64,000 nt of DNA from Thermoanaerobaculia bacterium. Its GTDB lineage: Bacteria; Acidobacteriota; Thermoanaerobaculia; Multivoradales; JAHEKO01. Position 1 is the first letter of the stretch, and every line of letters starts with the position of its first letter. A model generated the notes under the pieces. It ran no database searches. It was not told the origin of the DNA and saw nothing but the letters and a program-made list of their open reading frames with translations. The position numbers and the translations under genes are program-made. Positions 36,502-45,718 of the stretch are shown here, one piece after another. The stretch is taken from the NCBI GenBank assembly GCA_041567315.1, contig JBFGCA010000005.1, positions 10,858 through 74,857 on the forward strand. The letters run 5' to 3'.

Positions 36502-37056
36502 TCATATGTCGGCTTGACCCAACAGCAGATCCCGGATCTCGGTCGCTTTCTTGCGGCAGCGCAGCACCCGGACCCGCAAGGTGCCCTCGGAAGCGCCCTC
36601 GATCCGGCTCATCTCCCGGTAGCTGCGGCCGTCGAGGATCATCTGCCAGAGCCGGCGGCACTCCTCGCTGGTCCGCTCCAGCACCCGGGTGATCAGGTCG
36701 ATCGTCTCGTTCGACGGGTCGGCCTTGTGCTCGCGGTGCCGCGTGACGGTCTCGAGCTCGGGGGCGCCGTCGAGGTCGGTCCACTGCCAGCGCTCGCCCT
36801 GCCGGATGCGGTCCAGGCAGCTGTGGGCGACGACCCGCCACAGATAGGTCTTGAGCCGCGCCTCGCCGCGGAACTGACCCTTCTGCAGCAGGCGGAACAC
36901 CTCCAGCCGGATGTCCTGGAGGACGTCCTCCCAGTGATCGCCCAGCCGGCGGGCGTAGGAGCGCGCCGCCTTCTCGATCCAGCGGTCGATCTGCGCCACC
37001 TCCTCGGGGTCGCCCCGGAGATAGGCGGCGATGAAGGCCTCCTGCGTTGCGCTCAC
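36502..37056 (-). CDS. RNA polymerase ECF-type sigma-70 factor
   Basis: GTG start at 37056 (in frame; gggag ~9 nt upstream) gives ~184 aa. Sigma region 2 (EAFIAAYLRGDPEEVAQIDRWIEKAARSYARRL, LQDIRLEVFRLL) and region 4 (SYREMSRIEGASEGTLRVRVLRCRKK). The 508-aa track ORF upstream is Arg/Gly-rich junk. Confidence 0.75.
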   Translation of the reverse strand: MSATQEAFIAAYLRGDPEEVAQIDRWIEKAARSYARRLGDHWEDVLQDIRLEVFRLLQKGQFRGEARLKTYLWRVVAHSCLDRIRQGERWQWTDLDGAPELETVTRHREHKADPSNETIDLITRVLERTSEECRRLWQMILDGRSYREMSRIEGASEGTLRVRVLRCRKKATEIRDLLLGQADI

Positions 37057-37157
37057 GTCCCCAAGCTCCCGTTCGAGCGATACCCGGATGGTGTCGGAGG
37101 TGTTGCACGAAGTCAACGCGCAGCACGCCGTCGCCGACCTCTCGCCGGCTAGCGCTG

Positions 37158-38099
37158 CTACGCGTCGCCGCGCCAGTCGCTCCAGCTCTGGTCGCTCCAG
37201 CCGCCGGCGGCCTCCGCCCGCGCCGCCTCCTCGGCCTCCCAGCGCGCGGCCATCTCGGCGTCGCGCCGCCGGCGCCGCCGGATGGCGACCAGCGCCAGCA
37301 GGGTGATGCCCAGCCACAGGGTGGCCGAGCTGGTGAGCACCGGCAGCCACCGGTACCACAGCGAGTGGCGGCGCCAGAAGGAGGCCTCGGCGCGGTCGAG
37401 GGGCAGACCGGTGACGTCGCGGAAGGCGTCGTCGAACGGCCGGCCGAGCGCCACCGCGGCGAGGATTCGGCCCGGCGCGTCGATCCCGTGGCGGCGGATC
37501 AGGTCGTTGAGGAAGGCACCGGCGAAGGCGTAGGCGCGCCCGGCCTCGGCGCGGCCGCCGGCGAAGCCCTCCTCGACCGCGGCCAGCTCCAGCCGCCGGT
37601 CCAGGAGCAGCGCCCAGGTCAGCCGCGAGCGGTCCCCCAGCCGCCAGGAGCGCCCGGCGAACATCGCCAGCCCCTCGTTGAACCAGCGCGGCACCTCCCG
37701 CCCACCCGCCGCCCGCGACACCAGCACGTGGGCCAGCTCGTGGAGCACCACCTCCTCGAACGAGCCGTCCGGATAGGCCGGCGAGCGCTCCGGAAAGAGC
37801 ACCACGACCCCCAGGGCGCCCCAGGCGTAGCCCGCCACCCAGGAGGGCGCCTGGCGGGCGAGCTGCGAGTCCTCGGCGGCCAGCACCACCCTCACAGGCG
37901 GGCCCGGGCGCCGCAGACCGGTGAGGCGCACCGGCTGCTCGAGCCGGCGGCGGTCGAGGCGCTCGATGCGCGCCGCCGCCCCGGCGAGCGACGCCGGGGC
38001 CTCGACCACCAGCTCGGGGGGCGGCCACGGGCCGTCGGGCTCCACCGCCGTCGCCGGCAGCAGGGCCAATGCCAGCACCGCCGCGCGCCAGGAGCTCAC
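37158..38099 (-). CDS. Peptidase MA-like (gluzincin, HEXXH + NEGLA) protein with a C-terminal TM anchor
   Basis: VVLHELAHVLVS (HEXXH) and WFNEGLAMFAG (third zinc ligand Glu), typical of the Peptidase_MA_2 family. C-terminal hydrophobic segment, then a basic RRRRRR tail. Confidence 0.65.
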   Translation of the reverse strand: MSSWRAAVLALALLPATAVEPDGPWPPPELVVEAPASLAGAAARIERLDRRRLEQPVRLTGLRRPGPPVRVVLAAEDSQLARQAPSWVAGYAWGALGVVVLFPERSPAYPDGSFEEVVLHELAHVLVSRAAGGREVPRWFNEGLAMFAGRSWRLGDRSRLTWALLLDRRLELAAVEEGFAGGRAEAGRAYAFAGAFLNDLIRRHGIDAPGRILAAVALGRPFDDAFRDVTGLPLDRAEASFWRRHSLWYRWLPVLTSSATLWLGITLLALVAIRRRRRRDAEMAARWEAEEAARAEAAGGWSDQSWSDWRGDA

Positions 38100-38121
38100 G
38101 GCGGCATGTTAGCGGCGCGCT

Positions 38122-38502
38122 TCAGGCCTCGGCGTCGGGCGCGGGGTCGCGGTGGGCCAGCTCGGGCGCGAAGGCAGGCAGGCAGAGCGCGTAGTACTCG
38201 CTCTCCTCGTCGTAGGGGTTTGCATAGTGGACGCGGGTGCCGGGCTCCACCCACAGCGCCTGGCCGGCCGCAACCACCACCTCCTCGCCGCCGACCTCGA
38301 TCCGCAGCCGGCCGCGGACCACCAGGGTCAGCTCGCCGAACTGGGGGGTCTGCGGTGGCTCCGACCACCCGCCGGGGGCCACCATGTGGGCGAGGCTGAA
38401 CTGCTCGGTGCCGGTGTTCACCCGCCCGAACAGTTCCTCGATGGTCTTGCCTCCCGGCACCGGAATGCGGGTGGGGCGGGTGACCAGTCGGTAGTCGGAC
38501 AT
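38122..38502 (-). CDS. Cupin domain-containing protein
   Basis: ATG at 38502 (arithmetic) preceded by gggagg. 126 aa; cupin-like GxxxxxH...E...G...H-type segments ([42 protein letters not shown]). Confidence 0.65.
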   Translation of the reverse strand: MSDYRLVTRPTRIPVPGGKTIEELFGRVNTGTEQFSLAHMVAPGGWSEPPQTPQFGELTLVVRGRLRIEVGGEEVVVAAGQALWVEPGTRVHYANPYDEESEYYALCLPAFAPELAHRDPAPDAEA

Positions 38503-38623
38503 CGCGGAATCCTCCCTGGGGCGCGGGGAGTGTAACCGCCCCCCGTCCCCACTACCCGTCCAGGCCGCTCGCCCGCCGGGGTGTAAGATCCTCGTTGCCT
38601 CCGACCGCCTGCGGCGGGACCCC

Positions 38624-39226
38624 ATGACCGACTGGTGGAACTCCCTGGACACCGCCCTCAGGGTGTTCTACGCCATCGCCATCGCCACCTCGGCGGCGAT
38701 GCTGCTGCAGCTGCTGCTGATGGTCTTCGGTCTCGACGGCGACGGCGACGTCGATCTCGACGTCGACGTGGACGCCGACGGGGGCGGCGGCGTCGGCATC
38801 CTCTCGGTTCGCACCGTCACCGCCTTCTTCGCCGGTTTCGGCTGGGCGGGAGTGGCCGCCCTCGAGAGCGGGCTGGCGCTGCCCCCCACCCTGCTCATCG
38901 CCACTGCCGTCGGCGGCGCCTTCATGGCCGGCGTCTTCTTCCTGATGCGTACCCTCTACGGGCTGCGCTACAGCGGTACGCTCGACTATCGCAACGCCGT
39001 TGGCCAGGTGGGCAACGTCTATCTCCGGGTGCCCGCCGCGATGGCCGGACCCGGCCAGATCGAGGTGATGATCCAGGGCCGGCTGTGCACGGTGCAGGCC
39101 TTCACCCGCGCGGCGCAGCCGCTCGAGAGCCGCTCGCGGGTCAAGGTCGTCGACCTGGTCGACCAGGGCACCCTGCTGGTCGAGCCGCTGGCCACGGCGC
39201 CGCCCGCCACCGGAAAGGAGAGCTGA
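38624..39226 (+). CDS. NfeD-like membrane protein (OB-fold C-terminus; flotillin partner)
   Basis: ATG. N-terminal TM helices, acidic linker ([18 protein letters not shown]), C-terminal OB-fold-like [34 protein letters not shown]. Its stop overlaps the flotillin GTG. Confidence 0.7.
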   Translation: MTDWWNSLDTALRVFYAIAIATSAAMLLQLLLMVFGLDGDGDVDLDVDVDADGGGGVGILSVRTVTAFFAGFGWAGVAALESGLALPPTLLIATAVGGAFMAGVFFLMRTLYGLRYSGTLDYRNAVGQVGNVYLRVPAAMAGPGQIEVMIQGRLCTVQAFTRAAQPLESRSRVKVVDLVDQGTLLVEPLATAPPATGKES

Positions 39227-39228
39227 TC

Positions 39229-40635
39229 GTGCTCGCCAGCCTGTTCCTGGTCTTCACCGGCATCCTCATCTTCTTCATCACCTTTTTCGCCTTCACCCGG
39301 CGCTACAAGCGCTGCCCCTCGGACAAGATCCTGGTGGTCTTCGGCAAGATCGCCGGCGGCGGCCGCGGGCTGTCGGCCAAGTGCTACCACGGCGGCGCCG
39401 CCTTCATCTGGCCGCTGCTCCAGGACTACCGCTTCCTCGACCTCGTGCCGATGGCGATCGACATCAACCTGCAGGGAGCGCTGTCGCTGCAGAACATCCG
39501 GGTCAACACCCCCTCCACTTTCACGGTCGGCATCTCGACCGAGCCGGGGGTGATGGAGAACGCCGCCGAACGCCTGCTCCACATGGAGATGAAACACGTC
39601 GCCGAGCTGGCCCGCGACATCATCTTCGGGCAGATGCGCGTGGTCATGGCGACCATGCCGATCGAGGAGATCAACGCCGACCGCGACAAGCTGATCGAGA
39701 ACATCTCCTCCGGGGTCGAGGTCGAGCTCAAGAAGGTCGGCCTGCGGCTGATCAACGTCAACATCCAGGACATCACCGACGAGTCGGGCTACATCGACGC
39801 CCTCGGCAAGGAAGCGGCGGCGCGGGCCATCAACGAGGCCAAGATCAAGGTCGCCGAGCAGGTGCGCGACGGCTCGATCGGCGCCGCCAACGCCGAGCGC
39901 GACCAGCGGGTGCAGGTGGCGCAGGCGGGGGCGACGGCGGTGGAGGGCGAGAACCTGTCGAAGATCAAGATCGCCCAGTCCAATGCCCAGCGCCGCGAGC
40001 AGGAGGCCGAGGCCGAGCGGCTGGCCAGCGCCGCCGAGAAGGTCAAGAGCGCCCAGGCCCTGGAGGAGGCCTACCGGGCCGAAGAGACCGCCGAGCGCCA
40101 GCGCGCCAAGCGCGAGGAGGCCACCCAGGCCGCCAACGTGGTGGTGCCCGCCGAGATCAAGAAGCGCGAGATCGAGACCCTGGCCGAGGCCGAGGCCGAG
40201 CGCACCCGGCGCCTCAAGAAGGGCGAGGCCGACGGTCTGCTGTCGGTGATGGAGGCCGAGGCCGCCGGCCTGCTGGCCATCTTGACGCAGAAAGCCGCGG
40301 GCTTCGACCGCATCGTGGCCGCCGCCGCCGGTGCCCCCGAGCTGGCCTCGCTGCTGCTGATCACCGAGCAGCTCCCCAAGCTGGTCGAAGAGCAGGTCAA
40401 GGCGATCTCCAACCTCAAGATCGACAACGTCACCGTCTGGGAGGGCGGCCGCAACGCCAACGGCCGCACCGCCACCGCCGACTTCCTGTCGGGTCTGGTC
40501 GCTTCGCTGCCGCCGCTCCACGACCTGGCGCGCAACGTCGGGGTCAGACTCCCCGAGTACCTGGGCGCCGCCGAGAAGCCGCCGTCGTCGTCGCCGCCCG
40601 CCCCCGCCGGCCCGCCTCCCGAGCCGGAAGGCTGA
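39229..40635 (+). CDS. Flotillin family protein (SPFH/Band-7 domain, YqiK/FloA-like)
   Basis: GTG start with aaaggagag upstream. N-terminal TM helix; SPFH domain (DINLQGALSLQNIRVNTPSTFTVGISTEPG...); long EA-rich flotillin coiled-coil repeats; low-complexity C-terminal tail. Confidence 0.8.
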   Translation: MLASLFLVFTGILIFFITFFAFTRRYKRCPSDKILVVFGKIAGGGRGLSAKCYHGGAAFIWPLLQDYRFLDLVPMAIDINLQGALSLQNIRVNTPSTFTVGISTEPGVMENAAERLLHMEMKHVAELARDIIFGQMRVVMATMPIEEINADRDKLIENISSGVEVELKKVGLRLINVNIQDITDESGYIDALGKEAAARAINEAKIKVAEQVRDGSIGAANAERDQRVQVAQAGATAVEGENLSKIKIAQSNAQRREQEAEAERLASAAEKVKSAQALEEAYRAEETAERQRAKREEATQAANVVVPAEIKKREIETLAEAEAERTRRLKKGEADGLLSVMEAEAAGLLAILTQKAAGFDRIVAAAAGAPELASLLLITEQLPKLVEEQVKAISNLKIDNVTVWEGGRNANGRTATADFLSGLVASLPPLHDLARNVGVRLPEYLGAAEKPPSSSPPAPAGPPPEPEG

Positions 40636-40768
40636 GGCGCCGGTTGCCGCGCCGGCCTTCGGGCCGGTCGTCGGGCCGCCTGCCCACCCGGGTGGCGGCC
40701 GCCCACCCCGCCGGGTCTGGCAGTGAGGCGCCGCCGCGCCCAGACTCGGCGCAACAAGGGAACACGCC

Positions 40769-42370
40769 TTGATCGAGATTCGACCGGCGGTCGAGGACGA
40801 CGCCGCCGCCATCCGCGACATCTTCCAGGCCACCTACGGCGAGGACTACACCTATCGGGATTTCTACGACCTCCAGCACCTCAAGAAGCTGATCTACAGC
40901 GACGACACCCTGGTGCTGGTGGCCGAGGACCCGAGCGACGGCGTGGTCGGCACCGCCTCGGTGGTGCTGGAGAGCGGTGCCTACACCGATCTGGTGGGCG
41001 AGTTCGGGCGGCTGGCGGTTCATCCCAAGGCCTGGGGACGCGGCCTCGGCCGCCGCCTGCTCGAGGAGCGGCTGTGGCAGGTCCAGGACCGGCTCCACGT
41101 CGGCTACATGGAGGCGCGGGTCGTCCGCCACCACTCGCTGATCGACGCCGGCGACCACGGCTTCTCGCCGGTCGGCTTCCTGCCGCTCAAGCTCCGCTTC
41201 GGGGCGCGGCGCGAGAGCACCGCGCTGCTGATCCGCTATTTCGGCGAGGCCCTGGCGCTGCGCCGCAACCACCCGCGGATCGTGCCCGAGGTCTACCCCC
41301 TGGCCGGCGCCGCCATGGCTCAGGTGGGCCTCGAACTCGACGTAGTGGTGGACGAGGAGTCGGCCTCCTATCCTGAGGGCGACGAGTACTCGCTCCACGA
41401 GCTGACCGCCACCGGCTATGCGGCGCTGCTGAGGATCGAGCGCGGCCGGCTCCGACGGCGCGAGGTCTTCGGGCCGCTGCGTCTCCACTACGGGTTCTTC
41501 AAGCTGCAGGCCGGACACTCCAACTACCTTCTCGCCCGCCGCGACGGGCTGATCGCCGCCGCCCTTGGGTTCACCGTCGACCGCGACGAGGGCAACGTGC
41601 GGATCTTCGAGCTGATCCACCTCGACGACGGCGCCATCCGCTGTCTGCTCGCCGAGCTTGAGCGCCGCGGCCGCGAGGAGCTCGGGGCGTCGTGCATCGA
41701 GATCGACGTCGGCGCCGACGCCCCGCGGATGCAGCGCACGCTGCTCGAGCTGGGCTATCTGCCGGTGGCCTACGTGCCGGCGCTCGCCTTCCACCAGGTG
41801 GAGCGCCGCGACGTGGTCAAGATGGAGCGTCTGCTGGTGCCCTTCGAGCTGGGCGCCATGGACCTGGTGTCACCCACCCGCGAGATCGCCGAGCTGGTCA
41901 TCCGCAGCTTCGAGCTGCGCGAGGTGCTGCCGCGGATCGGCGAAGTGGTCCACCGCGGGGTGCTGTTCTCGGGGCTCAACGCCGAGCAGCTCCAGCGGCT
42001 GGCGGCACTCTGCCGGCCGGTGACCTTCGAGGTCGGCGAGCAGGTCTTCGCCGACGGCGACTCCTGTTCGGAGACCTACCTGCTGCTCGACGGCGAGGTG
42101 GCGGTCGAGGTCGGCGACCGCCCCCGGCCGGTCGGCACCGTGGGGCCCGGCGAATGCCTGGGCGAGGTGGCGCTGCTGACCGGCACGGCGCACTCGGCGC
42201 GGGCCACGGTCACCCGCGCCGTAAGGGCCGCGGTGCTGACCCGCGCCGACATCGTCGACCTGGTGCGCCGGCGGCCCGACATCGGGGTGGTGCTCTACCG
42301 CAACCTGGCCAAGGGGCTGGGCGAGAAGCTCCGCCGCACCGACCTCGCCGGTCTGCCGGCCAGCTCCTAG
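40769..42370 (+). CDS. Tandem GNAT N-acetyltransferase domains fused to a C-terminal cyclic-nucleotide-binding (CAP-effector) domain
   Basis: TTG start (track) with aaggga upstream. GNAT motif A (LAVHPKAWGRGLGRRLLEE), a second degenerate GNAT-like region, and a cNMP-binding domain with a PBC-like motif (GEVALLTGTAHSARATVTRAVRAAV) and FSGLNAEQLQRLAALCRPVTFEVGEQVFADGD. Confidence 0.7.
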   Translation: MIEIRPAVEDDAAAIRDIFQATYGEDYTYRDFYDLQHLKKLIYSDDTLVLVAEDPSDGVVGTASVVLESGAYTDLVGEFGRLAVHPKAWGRGLGRRLLEERLWQVQDRLHVGYMEARVVRHHSLIDAGDHGFSPVGFLPLKLRFGARRESTALLIRYFGEALALRRNHPRIVPEVYPLAGAAMAQVGLELDVVVDEESASYPEGDEYSLHELTATGYAALLRIERGRLRRREVFGPLRLHYGFFKLQAGHSNYLLARRDGLIAAALGFTVDRDEGNVRIFELIHLDDGAIRCLLAELERRGREELGASCIEIDVGADAPRMQRTLLELGYLPVAYVPALAFHQVERRDVVKMERLLVPFELGAMDLVSPTREIAELVIRSFELREVLPRIGEVVHRGVLFSGLNAEQLQRLAALCRPVTFEVGEQVFADGDSCSETYLLLDGEVAVEVGDRPRPVGTVGPGECLGEVALLTGTAHSARATVTRAVRAAVLTRADIVDLVRRRPDIGVVLYRNLAKGLGEKLRRTDLAGLPASS

Positions 42371-42385
42371 CGGGCTGGCCCACGC

Positions 42386-42817
42386 CTACCAGTCGCCGGG
42401 AGGGCGCCGCTGCCGCTTGAGCTCGGCACGCCGCCGCTTGCCCTCCAGACGGCGGCGCTCGGCGGCGGCCGGGGGCCGGGTCGGCCGGCGCGGCCGCCGG
42501 CGCTCCAGGGCGGCGGCCAGCAGCCGCGCGAACCGTTCGGTCGCCTCGCGGCGGTTGGCCGCCTGGGTGCGGTGCTTCTGGCAGACCACGCGCAGCACGC
42601 CCGCCTTGCTGATGCGGGTGGCCAGCCGCCCGCGCAGCAGCGCCTTGTCCTCGGCCGCCAGGCTCGGCGAGGCCTCCAGATCGAAGCGCAGGGTGACCCG
42701 CGTCTCCACCTTGTTGACGTTCTGGCCGCCCGGACCCGAGCTGGGGCCGGCGACCACCTCGAGCTCGGCCTCGGGGATCACCAGCCGCTCGTTGATGCGG
42801 ATCAGCGGACCGTCCAT
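42386..42817 (-). CDS. arfB: Alternative ribosome rescue factor ArfB (peptidyl-tRNA hydrolase, class I release-factor-like GGQ domain)
   Basis: ATG at 42817 (arithmetic). GGQ motif in GPGGQNVNKVETRV; basic C-terminal tail (RRRPRRPTRPPAAAERRRLEGKRRRAELKRQRR) typical of ArfB/YaeJ. Confidence 0.85.
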   Translation of the reverse strand: MDGPLIRINERLVIPEAELEVVAGPSSGPGGQNVNKVETRVTLRFDLEASPSLAAEDKALLRGRLATRISKAGVLRVVCQKHRTQAANRREATERFARLLAAALERRRPRRPTRPPAAAERRRLEGKRRRAELKRQRRPPGDW

Positions 42818-42947
42818 CGCCGGCAAGCTTAGTATCGCCACCGGCGCCGCCTGAGGGCGGCCGGCGTGGCGCCCGCGTAAGGCGCTTTGTTAGCATTCGC
42901 GGGATCTTGACTCGGGGGAAGCGCTTCCGAGCCTTCGGTTCGCGCAC

Positions 42948-43682
42948 GTGGACGGCAAGGGGAACAGGCGGGCCGCCCTGGCGGCGGGCCTGGCGTTGAC
43001 CGGCTTCGCGCTGGCGGCCGCCGCCATCGGGGTGCCGCGGGTCGAGCGGCACCTGACGCTGCGGGTGGCCGCGGCGCTGGCGGCCGCCGACGTGGCGCTC
43101 GAGCCACCCACCGTCAGCGGCCGCGAGGTGACGCTCGCCGGCGAGGTCCGGTCGGCGGCGGCGGCCGCGCGTGCGGCCGAGGTGGTGGCGGCCGTGGGCG
43201 GCGTGCGGCGGGTGGTCGACCGTCTGGCCGTCCGTGCCGCCAGCGAGCGGGAGGCAGGGACGGCGGCGGCGCTCGCCGCCGCCCCGCCGCCCGCCCCGTC
43301 CCTCGACCCGCCCCACGACCCGGGGACCGAGCTGGCGGCGCTGGTCGAGGGCCGGCGCATCGACTTCCCCCGTTACCGGTTGGAGCTGACCCCCGAAGCG
43401 CGGCGGGTGGTCGACGACGTCTACGACTTCCTGCTCCGCCATCCCGAGGCCCGACTCGAGATCGGTGGTCACACCGACGGCCGCGGGGATCCGGCCGGCA
43501 ACCTGGAGCTCAGCGCCGGGCGGGCCGCGGCGGTGCGCGACTATCTGGTGGAGCGCGGCATCGCCGGCGACCGGTTGCGCGCCGCCGGCTACGGCTCCTC
43601 CCGGCCGCTGGCCGACGAGGCCACCGCCGCCGGCCGCCGCGCCAACCGGCGGGTCGAGTTCCACCTGCTGCCGGGGGACTGA
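42948..43682 (+). CDS. OmpA family protein (BON-like N-terminal region + OmpA_C peptidoglycan-binding domain)
   Basis: GTG start. N-terminal TM/signal segment; BON-like region (VRSAAAAARAAEVVAAVGGVRRVVDRLAV); OmpA_C motifs (LEIGGHTDGRGDPAGNLELSAGRAAAVRDYLVERGIAGDRLRAAGYGSSRPLADEATAAGRRANRRVEF). Confidence 0.75.
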   Translation: MDGKGNRRAALAAGLALTGFALAAAAIGVPRVERHLTLRVAAALAAADVALEPPTVSGREVTLAGEVRSAAAAARAAEVVAAVGGVRRVVDRLAVRAASEREAGTAAALAAAPPPAPSLDPPHDPGTELAALVEGRRIDFPRYRLELTPEARRVVDDVYDFLLRHPEARLEIGGHTDGRGDPAGNLELSAGRAAAVRDYLVERGIAGDRLRAAGYGSSRPLADEATAAGRRANRRVEFHLLPGD

Positions 43683-43685
43683 GCG

Positions 43686-45161
43686 GTGTGGCGGCTGTTC
43701 ACCGAGCTGTTCCTCGCCCTGGCGGCGGCCGGCCTGCTGGGCGCCGCCGTCGGCTGGTTCCTGGCCCGGGCCCGCGAGTCCGATCGCATGGGAGGAATGG
43801 CCGCCGGCTACCGCAAGGAGCTCGACGAGCGCGTCGGTGAGGTCAAGGAGCGGCTGGAGACCGCCCGCGCCACCCTCCGCGAGCAGCAGCTCGACCTCGA
43901 CGAGGGCGCCGAGAAGCTGGCGCGCGCCCTGTCCCGGCGCGAGGAGGCGCTCTCCGAGAGGGACGCCGCCGTCGAGCGGACGAAGCTCCTCGATCGGGAG
44001 CTGGCGGGCCGGCGCGACGAGCTGTCCGCCGGTCGCGACCAGCTCGCCGAGGCCGGTCGAGAGCTCGAAAGCCTGCGCCGCCGGCTGGAGGAGAGCGAGG
44101 CGGGGCGCGGGCGGCTGGAGGAGGAGCTGGCCGAGCGCGAGCGGCTTCTCGGCGAGGCGGCGACCGACCTGGAGCGGGCCGGCGCCACCGTCGAGGAGCA
44201 GGGCAAGAGGCTGGCCGAGCTGGACGACCGGCTGGCCGGCCTCCTGGAGCGGCTCGACGAGGCCGACGGTCAGCTCGAGCAGCGCCGGGCCCGCGTCGCC
44301 GCTCTCGAGGCCGAGCTGGCCGAATCCGGCGCCCGCGCCGGGGAGCTCGAGACCGAGCTGGCCGCCGGCGCCGCACGGATCGAGGAGCTCGAGCAGCGGG
44401 GGCGCGAAGCGGCGGCGGCCGGCCAGGCGCTCGAGCGCCAGCTCGAGGACCGGCAGCAGCGGCTGGCCGACCTGGGGGGCGAGCTGGCCGAGCGCGACCG
44501 GAAGCTGCGGGCGGCCGGCGAGGACGGGGCGCGGGCGGCGGCGCGGGTCGAAGAGCTGGAGCGGCGGCTGGCGGCGGCGGGCGGCGAGAAGGAGACGCTG
44601 GACGCCGAGCTGACGGCGGCCCGGGGGCAGGTGGCCGAGGCCGAGCAGCGGCTGGCCCAGGCCGGCGAGGAGCTCGAGCGCAGCCGCGGGGAGGTCGAGG
44701 CCGCGGCCGGCCGGATGGCGGCCCTGGAGGAGGACCAGGCACGCCTGCATGGGAAGCTCGAACAGGCCGGCGCCGCCCACGCCGAGCTCGAGCAGCGTCT
44801 GGAGCGCGAGCTGGCGGCGGCGCAGGAGCGCGAGGGGCGGCTGGGCGAGCAGCTCGAAGAGGCGCGGGCGCGCGCCGCCGAGGCCGAGCGGGCGGTGACC
44901 GACGACCAGGGCGAGCGGCAGCGGCTCGCCGAGGCGCTCGACGCCGCGCGCGACCGGCGCCGTGACGAGCGGGCCGAGCTCGAGCGCGAGCTGGGGGCGC
45001 GGCGCGCGGAGCTCGAGGCGGCGGCGGCGCGCATCGCCGAGCTGGAGGCACGGGTCGAGCAGCTCGAGGGCCAGACCGGGCCGCCGCGCGACCTGGTCCA
45101 GGACGACGATCCCCGGTTTCTGACCATCAAGGCGTCCTCCGGCCGCGAAACGGGCGATTGA
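43686..45161 (+). CDS. Membrane-anchored long coiled-coil protein (Ala/Glu/Arg/Leu-rich)
   Basis: GTG start 3 nt after the OmpA gene stop. N-terminal TM helix (LFTELFLALAAAGLLGAAVGWFLA) followed by ~440 aa of heptad-like ELxxRxxELE repeats. No enzymatic motifs found. Confidence 0.55.
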   Translation: MWRLFTELFLALAAAGLLGAAVGWFLARARESDRMGGMAAGYRKELDERVGEVKERLETARATLREQQLDLDEGAEKLARALSRREEALSERDAAVERTKLLDRELAGRRDELSAGRDQLAEAGRELESLRRRLEESEAGRGRLEEELAERERLLGEAATDLERAGATVEEQGKRLAELDDRLAGLLERLDEADGQLEQRRARVAALEAELAESGARAGELETELAAGAARIEELEQRGREAAAAGQALERQLEDRQQRLADLGGELAERDRKLRAAGEDGARAAARVEELERRLAAAGGEKETLDAELTAARGQVAEAEQRLAQAGEELERSRGEVEAAAGRMAALEEDQARLHGKLEQAGAAHAELEQRLERELAAAQEREGRLGEQLEEARARAAEAERAVTDDQGERQRLAEALDAARDRRRDERAELERELGARRAELEAAAARIAELEARVEQLEGQTGPPRDLVQDDDPRFLTIKASSGRETGD

Positions 45162-45268
45162 ATCGGGCAGACCGCCGATTCCGGACGGAAGCCCGGGGGC
45201 CGGGTGTTACACTCTTTCAGGGACACCCCGCGCAGGCTCGGATTTTCTCGAACCGGAGAGGAGGTTCT

Positions 45269-45586
45269 ATGGAGCAGCTCGGAAAATGGGCGTTTATCCT
45301 GGGGTTGGTCATCGCGGTCGTCGGGGGGCTGGGCTTCGAGCAGGCCTGGTTCGTCTGGGTGCTGGCGATCCTTGGCCTCGTGGTCGGCTTTCTCAACGTG
45401 ACCGGGGAGGAGAGCAGAGGCTTCCTACTTGCCGCCATCGGTCTGATCGTCTCGGCCAACGCGGTCGCTTCGATCCCCTACGTCGGCGGCGCCATTACCC
45501 AGATCCTCAGCAACATCGTCGCCTTCATCGCGGCCGCGGTGCTGATCGTGGCATTGAAGGCGCTCTTCGAAACCGCCAGAAACTGA
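45269..45586 (+). CDS. Small integral membrane protein (3 TM helices)
   Basis: ATG at 45269 (arithmetic) preceded by ggagaggagg. MEQLGKWAFILGLVIAVVGGLGF..., 105 aa. Confidence 0.6.
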   Translation: MEQLGKWAFILGLVIAVVGGLGFEQAWFVWVLAILGLVVGFLNVTGEESRGFLLAAIGLIVSANAVASIPYVGGAITQILSNIVAFIAAAVLIVALKALFETARN

Positions 45587-45718
45587 AGCGCCGCGGCGCG
45601 GGGTGTCCATCCTCCGGGCGCCGCCGGCACCAGCGGGTGCGGACCGTCCGGACCCCGACCACCGTCCGCTAACATCGCCCGCCATGGAGCGGGTCGGGTC
45701 CGGGCCGGGCGACGGCCG

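Noticed and set aside
42210-45051. 856-aa and 402-aa minus-strand ORFs across the arfB, OmpA and coiled-coil genes
   Set aside because: Antisense and low-complexity (poly-Arg/Pro/Ala). The sense-strand genes carry GGQ and OmpA_C motifs.
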